Source: Alphaproteobacteria bacterium (GTDB lineage: Bacteria > Pseudomonadota > Alphaproteobacteria > Rickettsiales > SXRF01). Taken from it: DNA of 58,631 nt. Made by a program: the position numbers and the translations under genes. Positions 19,152 to 28,881 of this stretch are shown here, in pieces (positions within the stretch are counted from its first letter, which is position 1; the number at the start of each line of letters is the position of its first letter). The stretch spans positions 1 to 58,631 of the forward strand of contig JANYCJ010000025.1 in assembly GCA_025360345.1 (NCBI GenBank), given 5' to 3'. Under the pieces are notes generated by a model. That model made no database searches. It saw nothing but the letters and a program-made list of their open reading frames with translations, and was not told the origin of the DNA.

Positions 19152-20229
19152 CAAGCGCGTGATTTTCTGGCTAAGCATGACGCTGGCGCTGTTCGTGTTC
19201 ATATTCCTGATCCGCTCCATCCTGCTGCCCTTCGTGCTGGGCATTTTCATCGCTTACTTCTTAAGCCCCGCCGCCGACCATTTGCAAAAAACCGGGGCGG
19301 GCAGGGGGCTTGCCACCTTTATGGTGCTGGGCTTTTTCTTCGTAAGCCTCGTTGTGCTGCTGGTGCTTGTCGTGCCGGTGCTGGTCACCCAGCTCTCTGG
19401 CCTCATCGTGGCCATGCCCGCCTATTTTCATGATTTCCAAGTCAAATACGAGCCACTTCTGCACAAATACCTTGGGCTAGACGTGTCCGCCGGCGAAAAC
19501 CTGCAATCCAATATCCAGTCCACCATCAGCGACCATTCAGATACCGTGCTGAAATTCGCCGCCGGTTTCCTCACCGGCATTTTCCAGTCCGGCATGGCCA
19601 TCATCAACTTCTTCTCCCTCATCCTCATCACCCCCGTCGTCGCCTTTTACTTGATGTATGACTGGCACCGCATCATCGCCCGGGTGGATAACCTCCTCCC
19701 CCGCGCCCATATCAGCACCATCCGCGAGCAGATCCGCATCATAGACCGCACCCTCTCCGGCTTCGTGCGCGGCCAGCTCAATGTCTGCCTGCTGCTGGGC
19801 ACGTTTTATGCCTTTGGCCTGTCGCTGGCCGGCCTCAAATTCGGCATCATCATCGGCCTCGGCACGGGGCTTCTGGTCATTATTCCCTATGTCGGCATGT
19901 TCTTTGGCATGGCCACCGGCATGGGCGTGGCCTTTTTCCAGTTCGACGGCGACACCCACCGTATGCTCATGGTGCTCGCCGTGTTCGTGGTGGGGCAGGT
20001 GGTGGAAAGCAATTTCGTCACCCCCAAGCTGGTCGGCGAGAAAGTGGGCCTCCACCCGGTCTGGATCATTTTCGGGATGCTCTCCGGCGCGGCCCTGTTT
20101 GGCTTCGTGGGCGTGCTGCTGGCCGTGCCCGCCACCGCCGTCATCGGCGTGCTCATCCGCTTCGCCATCAAGAATTACCTGCAAAGCGGCTATTATCAGG
20201 GTGAAGCGCCGCCGCTGCTGAAGCCCTGA
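19144..20229 (+). CDS. AI-2E family transporter (PerM-like permease)
   Basis: Multiple TM segments and the typical length and pattern (RAHISTIREQIRIIDRTLSGFVRGQ...). I chose the GTG at 19144, which overlaps the previous stop. An alternative ATG exists at 19177. The ORF opens at 19084. Confidence 0.85.
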   Translation: MTNKRVIFWLSMTLALFVFIFLIRSILLPFVLGIFIAYFLSPAADHLQKTGAGRGLATFMVLGFFFVSLVVLLVLVVPVLVTQLSGLIVAMPAYFHDFQVKYEPLLHKYLGLDVSAGENLQSNIQSTISDHSDTVLKFAAGFLTGIFQSGMAIINFFSLILITPVVAFYLMYDWHRIIARVDNLLPRAHISTIREQIRIIDRTLSGFVRGQLNVCLLLGTFYAFGLSLAGLKFGIIIGLGTGLLVIIPYVGMFFGMATGMGVAFFQFDGDTHRMLMVLAVFVVGQVVESNFVTPKLVGEKVGLHPVWIIFGMLSGAALFGFVGVLLAVPATAVIGVLIRFAIKNYLQSGYYQGEAPPLLKP

Positions 20230-20879
20230 TGTCGCAATACACCCTGCCCCTCCCGCACCAGCCCGTATACACGGAAGAAAACTTCCTCATCTCCCCCTGC
20301 AACGAGGCCGCATGGCACCTGCTCCACCAGTGGCCGCACTGGCCTTCCCATGCGCTGGTCCTCGCCGGCGCTTCCGGCAGCGGCAAAAGCCACCTGAGCC
20401 ACCTCTGGGCCGCCCGCGCTGGCGCAACCACCATCCCCGCCTCTGCCCTAACCCCCGCAGAACCTCAAGGCCAGCACTGGCTGGTCGAAGACCTCGAACG
20501 CTTACGCGACCCCCGTGCCCTGTTCCACCTGTATAACTACACCCGTGAAAACGGCGGCAGCCTGCTCATGACCGCAAACCTGCCCCCCGCCCAGCTGGCC
20601 ATCCCTTTGCCGGACCTTTCCTCCCGCCTGCTGGCCACCCCGCTGGCCACCATTTCCGCCGCCGACGACGCGGTCCTCGCCGCCGCCATGCGCAAGCAGT
20701 TCGCCGACCGCCAGTTAAAAGTCGAAGAAGAGGTCATCACCTACCTGCTGCCCCGCACCGAGCGGTCTTTGGCGCAAATCCAGTCCCTCGTCACCCGCAT
20801 CGACGAAGCGGCGCTGGAGCACCACAAGAACATCACCGTGCCCTTCGTGCGCAAGCTTCTGGAAAAAGATCTAGCCTAA
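20229..20879 (+). CDS. hdaA: DnaA regulatory inactivator HdaA
   Basis: N-terminal QYTLPLP clamp-binding-like motif, Walker A-like GASGSGKSHLSHLWA, and a DnaA domain III-like remainder. TGATG overlap with the upstream gene. Confidence 0.85.
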   Translation: MSQYTLPLPHQPVYTEENFLISPCNEAAWHLLHQWPHWPSHALVLAGASGSGKSHLSHLWAARAGATTIPASALTPAEPQGQHWLVEDLERLRDPRALFHLYNYTRENGGSLLMTANLPPAQLAIPLPDLSSRLLATPLATISAADDAVLAAAMRKQFADRQLKVEEEVITYLLPRTERSLAQIQSLVTRIDEAALEHHKNITVPFVRKLLEKDLA

Positions 20880-21541
20880 AGCGGCTGCTCGATCCGGATC
20901 ACCACCCGCTCGTTGAGCTTGCGGTTGACGATGATCGGGTTGCCGTTCACATCAAGGTTGGGAACCTTGGGCCGCATCGCGCCATAGCCCACTGCGCTGA
21001 GCCGCGTCGGGTCCAGGCCCTGTTCAATGAAAAACCGCACGATATGCGAAGCCCGCGCCGAGGAAAACTCCCAGTTGCTGGGGAACTGTTCGGTCTCCAC
21101 CGACTCATCGTCGGTATAGCCTTCCACCGTGATTTTCGTGCCTGCCACATCCGCGGCCTTCAGCTTGGCCACCAGCTCCTGCAACACCGGCACCATCGCC
21201 TCGTCGAAATCCGCCGAATGCGGCTGGAAAAACGAGATGGTCGAAAGCTCCAGCAGCACGCCCTTATCGGTTTTTTCAATCGCTACGTCCTTCAGGATAT
21301 TCTTGCTTTCCACCACCGCCACCAGCGAGCGGAACAACCCCTCGAACGGCGTGGCCAGCGACACCGAGCCGAACTGCCCCTTCACCCCGTCCTTGATCGC
21401 CGAGAGCTTCTCTTTTTTCGGCTCCGACACCGACACGAAAATAATGAAAAACCCCAGCAGCAGCGTAATCATGTCCGCATAGCTCATCAGCCATGAATCC
21501 ACATTGTCTTCCGTATGCTGCCTGCGCGGCGGGGGGATCAT
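20876..21541 (-). CDS. motB: MotB-like stator protein (OmpA-like peptidoglycan-binding C-terminus)
   Basis: WLMSYADMITLLLGFFIIF contains the conserved plug/TM region and the protonatable Asp. The C-terminal OmpA-like region reads EGYTDDESV...NWEFSSARASHIVRF. ATGA overlap with motA. Confidence 0.85.
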   Translation of the reverse strand: MIPPPRRQHTEDNVDSWLMSYADMITLLLGFFIIFVSVSEPKKEKLSAIKDGVKGQFGSVSLATPFEGLFRSLVAVVESKNILKDVAIEKTDKGVLLELSTISFFQPHSADFDEAMVPVLQELVAKLKAADVAGTKITVEGYTDDESVETEQFPSNWEFSSARASHIVRFFIEQGLDPTRLSAVGYGAMRPKVPNLDVNGNPIIVNRKLNERVVIRIEQPL

Positions 21542-22437
21542 GCCACGCCTTGCTGCGCGCGCGCCTCTGCCGCAAGCGTCGCCCCGTAATTCTTGAGCTG
21601 CACGTCAAGGTCGAAATGGATCGCCGGGTCAAGGAAGCTGTTGAGCTTGTCCTGCATGTAGCGCGGGCTCTGTTTTTCAGCCAGCAACACCAGCCCTTCG
21701 GTCATCATGTAGTTGCGGAAGCGCATGATTTCCTGCTTTTGCATCAGCTTGTCAGCCGCAGGCAAACACACCAGCCGCGCCGTGATAATGCCGTACAGCG
21801 TAGCAAGCAGCGCCACCGCCAGCCCCGTGCCGATCATCGACATATCGGCCTGAATGTTCTGCAACATGATCACCATGCCCACCAGCGTGCCCACCATGCC
21901 GAACGCCGGCGCCGTGGAGGCCATGTTTTTCAGCACCGTCACCGGCGCGATGCTGCGCTCGAAATCCGCCTCCACCGCCGTGTTCATCATGGTGCGGATC
22001 ACCTCCGGCTGGTAGCGCGTCACCACCAGCTCCACGCCGTAGCGCAAAAGCGGCTCCTGTATTTTCGTCCCAATCTCGCCTTCCAGCCCGATCAGCCCCT
22101 TGGAATGCACCAGGTAAGCCCATTTTATCAGCCGCATGATTTCCGCGTTCAGCCCCTCGCGGGTGGCGGCAGGTTTTTGCATCATGTGCCACACCGCGTT
22201 GAACGCCCGGTGCACATAGACCGCCTGATAGCTCATGAACGCATTGGCGATGGTCCCCCCGATCACGATCAGGAAGCCCTCCATGCTAAGGAAAGATATC
22301 CAGTTATTGGTTCCATGCGCAATCGCGCCGAAGATCAGGCAGAACCCGAAAATCGTCCCGACGACGGTAGCAAGTGACACGGAAGAGACGGCGCGTTCCA
22401 CGTATGTTTTCCCGGGGTTTGAGTATATATTATCCAT
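21538..22437 (-). CDS. motA: MotA/PomA-like proton-channel stator protein
   Basis: Four TM segments. The MotA_ExbB signature region is APAFGMVGTLVGMV...GLAVALLATLYG. The ATG at 22437 is preceded by AGGTG with a 5-nt spacer. The track opens at a TTG at 22440. Confidence 0.85.
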   Translation of the reverse strand: MDNIYSNPGKTYVERAVSSVSLATVVGTIFGFCLIFGAIAHGTNNWISFLSMEGFLIVIGGTIANAFMSYQAVYVHRAFNAVWHMMQKPAATREGLNAEIMRLIKWAYLVHSKGLIGLEGEIGTKIQEPLLRYGVELVVTRYQPEVIRTMMNTAVEADFERSIAPVTVLKNMASTAPAFGMVGTLVGMVIMLQNIQADMSMIGTGLAVALLATLYGIITARLVCLPAADKLMQKQEIMRFRNYMMTEGLVLLAEKQSPRYMQDKLNSFLDPAIHFDLDVQLKNYGATLAAEARAQQGVA

Positions 22438-22553
22438 CAAAGCACCTATCGGTTAAAAAACCGCCAAGAAAGGGTTGTATTTTGGTAAGTTTTTAGCAAA
22501 ACTAGTTAACGCGAACCCAAGCAGATCAACGCCTTGCCACGAAAGCTCCCCCC

Positions 22554-23276
22554 ATGCGTCCCCCAGTCATCGGCATAACCCTCGATTATGAGGAAAACGG
22601 CGGCTATTCCAAGATGCCGTGGTACGCCCTGCGCGAAAATTATTGCAGCTCGGTGAGCACCTTTGGCGGCATCCCCCTCCCCCTCCCGCACGAGGTCGCG
22701 CTGGTAGACCACTATCTCGGCATGATCGACGGCCTCGTCGTCACCGGCGGCGCATTCGACGTAAACCCCGCCCTCTACGGCGAAACCACCCAGCACGAAA
22801 CCGTGAAGGTGAAGGACCGCCGCACCCGCTTCGAATACGGCATGGTGCAGGGCGCAATCCACAGGAACATCCCCATCCTCGGCATCTGCGGCGGCCAGCA
22901 ATTGCTAAACGTGGTACTGGGCGGCACTCTCATCCAGCACATCCCCGACACTGTGAAACACCCGCTGGAGCACGAGCAGAAAAACCCCCGCACTGAACCC
23001 GGCCACGAGGTGCGCATCGCCGCAAACACCTTGCTTTCCCGCATCGTCGGCCATGAAACCATCGCGGTCAACTCCGCCCACCATCAGGCGGTGGCAAGCC
23101 CCGCCCCCGGCAGCATCGTAAACGCCACCGCCCCCGACGGCGTCATCGAAGGCATTGAGTTCAGCGGCCATCCCTTCTGCCTCGGCGTGCAGTGGCACCC
23201 CGAATATTTCGTAACCGACGCCGACCGTAAAATCATGGATGCCTTCGTGCAGGCCGCCGCAAAGAAAGCAGCCTGA
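22554..23276 (+). CDS. Class I glutamine amidotransferase, gamma-glutamyl-GABA hydrolase family (peptidase C26)
   Basis: ILGICGGQQLLNVVLGG (catalytic Cys), VNSAHHQAV, GVQWHPE. Confidence 0.88.
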   Translation: MRPPVIGITLDYEENGGYSKMPWYALRENYCSSVSTFGGIPLPLPHEVALVDHYLGMIDGLVVTGGAFDVNPALYGETTQHETVKVKDRRTRFEYGMVQGAIHRNIPILGICGGQQLLNVVLGGTLIQHIPDTVKHPLEHEQKNPRTEPGHEVRIAANTLLSRIVGHETIAVNSAHHQAVASPAPGSIVNATAPDGVIEGIEFSGHPFCLGVQWHPEYFVTDADRKIMDAFVQAAAKKAA

Positions 23277-23282
23277 AAACCC

Positions 23283-24038
23283 ATGGCCGAAAAACTGTAT
23301 AACGAATCCGTCTCCACGATCACCTATCCCGGCGAGCGCCTCGCCAAGCGCATCGCCCGCGCCGGCATCTGCTCCCGCCGCGAGGCCGAAAAACTGATCG
23401 AGGAAGGCAAGGTGAAAGTGGGCGGCAAAACCGTCAAATCCCCCGCCCTCAACGTGCAGGAATCAGACTCGATCACCGTAAATGGCAAGCTGCTTCAGGA
23501 AAAAGAGCCCGTGCGCCTCTGGCTGTACCACAAGCCCGCCGGCCTCATGACCACCCATAACGACCCCGAAGGCCGCCCCACCGTTTTTGACAAGCTGCCC
23601 AAAAACCTCCCCCGCGTCATCTCCGTCGGCCGCCTCGACTTAAATTCCGAAGGCCTCCTTCTCCTCACCAACGACGGCGGCCTTGCCCGCAAGCTCGAGC
23701 TTCCCAGCAATGGCTGGATTCGCCGCTACCGCGTCCGCGCTTATGGCGGCGTACCCGAATCCATGATCGCAGCCCTGAAAGACGGCGTCACCATCGACGG
23801 CATCCAGTACGGCAGCGTCGAAGCCGCCCTCGACAGCCAGAAGGGCGACAACAGCTGGTTCACCGTCTCCTTAAGCGAAGGCAAGAACCGCGAAATCCGC
23901 CGCCTCTTCGAGCATTTCGGCTGCAAGGTCAGCCGCCTCATGCGCCTGTCATACGGCCCCTTCGTCCTCGGCTCCCTGCCCAAGGGCGAGGTCAAGGAAG
24001 TGCAGGGCCGCGTCATCAAATCTTTCATCAAGCTCTAA
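23283..24038 (+). CDS. Pseudouridine synthase (RsuA/RluB family) with an S4 domain
   Basis: The S4 domain reads RLAKRIARAGICSRREAEKLIEEGKVKVGG. The catalytic motif is GRLDLNSEGLLLLTNDG. Confidence 0.9.
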   Translation: MAEKLYNESVSTITYPGERLAKRIARAGICSRREAEKLIEEGKVKVGGKTVKSPALNVQESDSITVNGKLLQEKEPVRLWLYHKPAGLMTTHNDPEGRPTVFDKLPKNLPRVISVGRLDLNSEGLLLLTNDGGLARKLELPSNGWIRRYRVRAYGGVPESMIAALKDGVTIDGIQYGSVEAALDSQKGDNSWFTVSLSEGKNREIRRLFEHFGCKVSRLMRLSYGPFVLGSLPKGEVKEVQGRVIKSFIKL

Positions 24039-24045
24039 GGTCCCC

Positions 24046-24618
24046 ATGCGTATCATCTCCGGCAAACACAGAGGCCGCCGTATAGAACTGGGCAAGGAAG
24101 CCGCCGGCTTCGTCCGCCCCACCTCCGACTTCGCCCGCGAGGCCATTTTCAATATCCTGAGCCACAGCGATCTCGGGCTGGACCGCCACGCTTTCATCGA
24201 CCAGGACATCGCCGATGCCTGCTGCGGCACCGGCGCGCTGGGCCTCGAAGCCCTTTCCCGCGGTGCAAAACACGTCACCTTCGTCGACAAATCCCGCGAA
24301 GCCCTGGCCAATGCCCATTTCAACGCCGAAAAAATGCACGAGGGCGGGAATGTGGATTTCGTCCACGCCGACGCAACCAAGCTCCCCCGCGCCCGCAGGC
24401 CCTACGCCCTGATTTTCCTCGACCCGCCCTATTTCCGCAACATGGTGGAACCCGCCCTCAAATCCATCCTAGACGGCGGCTGGCTCGCCCCGGATGGCAT
24501 CGTGGTGGTGGAGCACGGCACCAAGGAAAAAATCGCCTTCCCCAAGGCCTATTCCCTCATCGACGAACGCCGTTATGGCCGCGCCGTCATCAACCTGCTG
24601 CGCCTCGCCCAGCCTTAA
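24046..24618 (+). CDS. rsmD: 16S rRNA (guanine966-N2)-methyltransferase
   Basis: MRIISGKHRGRRI, RPTSDFAREAIFNIL, DACCGTGALGLEALSRGA, IFLDPPY. Confidence 0.92.
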   Translation: MRIISGKHRGRRIELGKEAAGFVRPTSDFAREAIFNILSHSDLGLDRHAFIDQDIADACCGTGALGLEALSRGAKHVTFVDKSREALANAHFNAEKMHEGGNVDFVHADATKLPRARRPYALIFLDPPYFRNMVEPALKSILDGGWLAPDGIVVVEHGTKEKIAFPKAYSLIDERRYGRAVINLLRLAQP

Positions 24619-26564
24619 GGCTTGCTGAGGTCAATCATGTGCTGCTTTTCCTGCCCGTCCTCGAAACTCACCGGCGCGTCGATGCTTTGCACTTCACACA
24701 CGCTCTGCTTGCTGTCCTCGCAATAAAAGAACGTGCCCTGCAGCTTGTACTGCATCCCCAGCCGCGGCGGTATCAGCATCCGGTTTTGCAGCAGCATCCC
24801 CCGGTCGAAACTCACCACCACCTGGTTATTCTTCACCAGGTCGAATAACGCAAGATAGCTTGGCCCTTCCTGGTGGATATGCCAGCCCGGCTTGAGCTTA
24901 AGGTTGAGGCGCACCGGGGATTGCATCGCCAGCCGTATCGGGTCGGTCTCGGTCACGTTGGGCAGGGCCTCCTGCAGCGCCACCGGTTCCTTCTGCGCTT
25001 CCTCATGCACCGCCAGCGGCGAAACCTTCTGCCCCTGCACCTCCACCACCCGCACCGCGCTGTTATCCGTATCCGCCACGAACAGGCTGCCGCCCTGCGC
25101 CGCCAGCCCCTGCGGCTGGCTGAAGCTGGCCTTGCTCCCCGCTCCGTTCGCCTTGCCGCTTTCCCCGCCGCCCGCAAGGTTTTCCAGCAGGCCTTTTTTA
25201 AGGTCGAATGCCCGTATCGCATGGTTATAGCTATCGGCGATAAATACCATATCGCCCACCGCCGCCAGCCCCATCGGGTGCTGCATCAGTCCTCCGCCCT
25301 TCGGCCCTGTCTTGTAGCCCGCCGTGCCCGCCGCATCCCCCGCCAGCGTTTTCACCTGCCCTTTTTCCAGCACCCTGAGCGTGCTTGTTTGCGCATCGGT
25401 GAAAAACAGCCGGTTGCCCAGTGCCGCCAGCCCGCTGGGCTGCGCCAGCTTCGCGCTTGCCGCCGGCCCGTCCTGCTGGCCCTTGTCCCCGCTGCCCGCA
25501 AGCAGGCTTACCGTCTTGTCTGCCACGTTGTAGCTCCATAGCTGGTTATTGCCCGCCATGGCAATGGCCACATGGTTCTCGTCCGGCCACAGCGCCAGCG
25601 CCCAGGGCGAGGCCAGCATGGACTTCGCCGCGGGCTGCGTTTCCTTCAGCGGCCCCGCAGCCAGCGCCCCCGTGCCCGCCAGCGTAACCACCTTGCGCGT
25701 GCTCAGGTTCGCAAGCCTCAGCAAATGGTTTCCCGTATCGGCGATATACACCAGCTCCCCATGCACGGCCACGCCCTCGGGCCGTGAGAACCGCGCATCC
25801 TCGAAAATCCCGTCGCTATGCCCTTGCGCGCCTGAACCGATCACCTCCAGCACCTTGCCCTGCAGGTCGCTCACCACCACCCGGTCATGCCCCGTATCGG
25901 CCACGGCCAGCGCCGGGGCGTTACGGTACATCGGCAGGTAGGCGATGCCGCCGGGATAGTCCAGCAGCGTATACACCGTGTTGTCGCCCCGTAGCTTCAC
26001 CGGGTCGTGGCGCAAATGCCCGCTATACAGCTTGGCCATACGCTGGATCGCCGCCTGCATCTCATCGAAATGCCCTTCGCCCGCATACACCGCCTCAATG
26101 CCGCCGCGCGGGTTGAGCAGTATCTGCGTCGGCCACTGCGTCACCCGGAATGCTTTGGCAATGGCCTGGTTCGCATCATTGGCCACCGGGTGCTGCACCC
26201 CGTTCGCCACCATCGCATGGCTTATCGCCTCGTCGGAAAGCTCTTCCTTGAACTGCCAGGAATGAATGCCCACCACCACCAGCTGCGTGCCGTAAATCTT
26301 CTCCAGCTGCGCAATCCCCTCCATTTCCGAAAGGCAATCCGCGCAGCCGAACCGCCAGAAATTCAGCAATACCACCCGCCCGTGCAAATCGTCCGGCACC
26401 AGCGGCTCGGCCACATTCACCCAGTCGGCGTGCCGCACTACGGTGCCCAGCGGGTCTGCCGGAAGCCTGATCGCTGCCGCATCCGCCTGCGTTTTGGCCT
26501 GCGCGGGTATCGCCCCCAGCGCCGCCAACACCCCCAGTGCCACAAGCCATGTCCGCATCCGCAA
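24615..26564 (-). CDS. Secreted thioredoxin-like (TlpA/redoxin) plus NHL-repeat beta-propeller protein
   Basis: Signal peptide. The redoxin motif is LLNFWRFGCADC. At least 5 NHL-type repeats are present (VYIADTGNHLLRL, LFFTDAQTSTLRV, VFIADSYNHAIRAF, LFVADTDNSAVRVV). Confidence 0.85.
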   Translation of the reverse strand: MRMRTWLVALGVLAALGAIPAQAKTQADAAAIRLPADPLGTVVRHADWVNVAEPLVPDDLHGRVVLLNFWRFGCADCLSEMEGIAQLEKIYGTQLVVVGIHSWQFKEELSDEAISHAMVANGVQHPVANDANQAIAKAFRVTQWPTQILLNPRGGIEAVYAGEGHFDEMQAAIQRMAKLYSGHLRHDPVKLRGDNTVYTLLDYPGGIAYLPMYRNAPALAVADTGHDRVVVSDLQGKVLEVIGSGAQGHSDGIFEDARFSRPEGVAVHGELVYIADTGNHLLRLANLSTRKVVTLAGTGALAAGPLKETQPAAKSMLASPWALALWPDENHVAIAMAGNNQLWSYNVADKTVSLLAGSGDKGQQDGPAASAKLAQPSGLAALGNRLFFTDAQTSTLRVLEKGQVKTLAGDAAGTAGYKTGPKGGGLMQHPMGLAAVGDMVFIADSYNHAIRAFDLKKGLLENLAGGGESGKANGAGSKASFSQPQGLAAQGGSLFVADTDNSAVRVVEVQGQKVSPLAVHEEAQKEPVALQEALPNVTETDPIRLAMQSPVRLNLKLKPGWHIHQEGPSYLALFDLVKNNQVVVSFDRGMLLQNRMLIPPRLGMQYKLQGTFFYCEDSKQSVCEVQSIDAPVSFEDGQEKQHMIDLSKP

Positions 26565-26569
26565 AATCC

Positions 26570-27226
26570 CTATACCGTACCTTCAGGGGCGTCCGGCTGC
26601 CGCGCCGGGTGCGCGTTCTGGAAAGCCTTCAGCCCCGCGCACGCCTCGTCAATCCGCACAATCGTGGGAAACGGGCTTAAGTCGCAGCCAAACCGCCGCG
26701 CGTTATACACCTGTGGCACTAGGCAGCAATCCGCCATGCCCGGCGCGTCCCCCATGCAAAATTCCCCCGCATGGGTAAGCTGCGCCTCAAACGCCGCCAG
26801 CCCCTTGCATATCCAGTGCCTGAGCCATGCCAGTTTCTGCGGCTCGCTCACGCCCAGCACCTCCGTCAGGTAGGCTTGCGTGCCGCTATTGCCCAGCGGC
26901 GCAATATCGCAGGCGATGATCTGCGCCAGCGCCCGCATCCGCGCTTTGCCCAGCGCATCCTTCGGCAGCAGGGCAGGGGCGTGGAAGGCATCGTCCAGGT
27001 ATTCCATGATCGCAAGCGACTGCGTCAGCACCGTGCCGTCCTTCAGCACCAGCGACGGCACCAGCCCCTGCGCGTTCACCGCCCGGTAGGCAGGCGCGTT
27101 GTGCTCCCCCTTCAGCAGGTTCACCGGGATAATTTCCGCCGCAAGCCCCTTCAGCCCCAGCGCGATCCGCACCCGGTACGAAGCCGAAGACCGAAAATAG
27201 CTGTATAATGTCAAACCGTTGCTCAT
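26570..27226 (-). CDS. maiA: Maleylacetoacetate isomerase (zeta-class GST)
   Basis: LTLYSYFRSSASYRVRIALGLKG is the canonical MaiA N-terminus. It lies in the context of hmgA and fahA. Confidence 0.92.
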   Translation of the reverse strand: MSNGLTLYSYFRSSASYRVRIALGLKGLAAEIIPVNLLKGEHNAPAYRAVNAQGLVPSLVLKDGTVLTQSLAIMEYLDDAFHAPALLPKDALGKARMRALAQIIACDIAPLGNSGTQAYLTEVLGVSEPQKLAWLRHWICKGLAAFEAQLTHAGEFCMGDAPGMADCCLVPQVYNARRFGCDLSPFPTIVRIDEACAGLKAFQNAHPARQPDAPEGTV

Positions 27227-27228
27227 GC

Positions 27229-28881
27229 CTATATATGTATCTTATTTTGCTGGAATTGCCAGATCGTATACAGCCGTTCGGGATCGAAAATATCCCCGCT
27301 CGTCACCAGCCGCAACTTTTCATAGAACGCCCGCAGCGGCTCGCTCATCTTTGCCGTGTTCCCGCTGCGCCGCGCCTCCATATAACCCTCCGGCACATCC
27401 CGCGTAAAATGCGCGATATGCCAGCCGATCCGCAGGTCTGCCGGCAGCCGCGCCAGCAGCGGGTCGCCCAAAGCCAGCTGGTCGATCACGATCTGGCTCG
27501 GCCCCGCCGTATACGAAGCCACCCCCACCATCGACCACACGATGATCTTTTTATGCGTGGCAAAATTCGCAGGCATCGGCCATTCCCGGGGAATATGGTG
27601 CGTAACCCCGGGGTTGAACCGGATATAGTGGTGCAGGCTTTCCAGCGAATAAATATCCCCGCTGATCAGGTGGTACAGCAGGCTGCCATGCGTGGCAAAC
27701 CCGAAGCCCAGCCCCACATAAAACTGCCGCTCATCGCCCACGCGGCAATTGTCCGGGCTGGGCTGCACCAGCATGTCCAGCCTCGGCATGAAGCTCACCA
27801 TCCCCAGCGCCGCGATGGCCGCAAGCAGCCCCGTCCGCCGCAAGCCCTGCGCCGCGCCGTACAGCAGCAGCACGCTGACCATGAACACCGGCATCACAAA
27901 CCGCCCCGGCACAAAATCCCCGCCCACCGACTCCACATAGCTAAGATGCATGAGCGCCCCCATCGCCGCAAGCAGCGCGCCCCCCTGCCACAGCCCCAGC
28001 GTCCTGCGGTGCCACGGCCATGTCGCCACCACCCCGGCCAGTATCGCCGCATAAATCATCGCCGCCCAGATCAGCAGGTAGGAAAACGGGTCGTAACTGG
28101 CAAACTGGTCGAAAAGATAGCAATGCCCGAACCAGTGGTAATCCGCGTCCCCCAGCCCCGTATTCATCTTGGCGTAATAGGTGTTTGGCAGCACGAAACC
28201 GTAATACAGCAGCGCAAACAGCAGCCAGCACGCAATCGGCCAGAAGCTGAGCAGCCCCCGCGCCAGCTTCGCCATGGAAGGCGCCTCCATCCACGCCAGC
28301 AGCCAGCGGGTCGCAACATATACCAGCGCCGGCAGCAAAATGACCACCGCGTCCAGCCGGTTGACCATGGCAAGGCTGGCAATGAAAAACAGGCGCGTGT
28401 AGTTTTCCGGCCTCGTAAAAAAACTATGCCAGAACCATACCAGCAGCAGCATCACCAGCGGCGTTTCCAGCCCCGTAATCATCTGCTCGCAGAAAATGCG
28501 TGATCGCCACAGCGGCAGCAGCACGAACACCATGCGCGTAAGCCACGTCCCCGGCAGCACCCGCAGCAGCAGCAGCACAGTGGCCAGCGTGCACACGGCC
28601 GAAATCCCGATGGTAATCAGGAACACATTGCGGCTGAACCAGTAAAAAGGCACATGCACGAACAGCCATAGCGGGTTGGTGAACACCTGCACCCGCTCAT
28701 CCACATTCCAGCGCAGGCCGAAGCCGCCCACGAAATTATCCAGCACCCGGAACGTGATATACGCGTCGTCAATCACCCACGCGCTGCGCAAAACCCTCAG
28801 TATCAGCACGGCGCATACCGCGCCCAATACGATGGCGCGCGCTAAGCTGAGCTTTTGTTCAAGCCCTTTAGGGCTGGCCAT
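27229..28881 (-). CDS. Polytopic membrane protein, GT-C-fold glycosyltransferase-like
   Basis: More than 10 hydrophobic segments. The motif WVIDDAYITFRVLDNF directly follows TM1, which is the typical position of the GT-C acidic motif. The start is uncertain (28881 or 28890) and overlaps the fahA stop. Confidence 0.6.
   Translation of the reverse strand: MASPKGLEQKLSLARAIVLGAVCAVLILRVLRSAWVIDDAYITFRVLDNFVGGFGLRWNVDERVQVFTNPLWLFVHVPFYWFSRNVFLITIGISAVCTLATVLLLLRVLPGTWLTRMVFVLLPLWRSRIFCEQMITGLETPLVMLLLVWFWHSFFTRPENYTRLFFIASLAMVNRLDAVVILLPALVYVATRWLLAWMEAPSMAKLARGLLSFWPIACWLLFALLYYGFVLPNTYYAKMNTGLGDADYHWFGHCYLFDQFASYDPFSYLLIWAAMIYAAILAGVVATWPWHRRTLGLWQGGALLAAMGALMHLSYVESVGGDFVPGRFVMPVFMVSVLLLYGAAQGLRRTGLLAAIAALGMVSFMPRLDMLVQPSPDNCRVGDERQFYVGLGFGFATHGSLLYHLISGDIYSLESLHHYIRFNPGVTHHIPREWPMPANFATHKKIIVWSMVGVASYTAGPSQIVIDQLALGDPLLARLPADLRIGWHIAHFTRDVPEGYMEARRSGNTAKMSEPLRAFYEKLRLVTSGDIFDPERLYTIWQFQQNKIHI

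Noticed and set aside
20876-22437. The MotA/MotB pair as a Zorya-type (ZorAB) antiphage system.
   Set aside because: ZorA proteins are much longer, with a long C-terminal tail, and are accompanied by ZorC/D or ZorE genes. Here MotA is about 300 aa, and its neighbours are hdaA and an amidotransferase. The pair is kept only as an orphan-stator observation.
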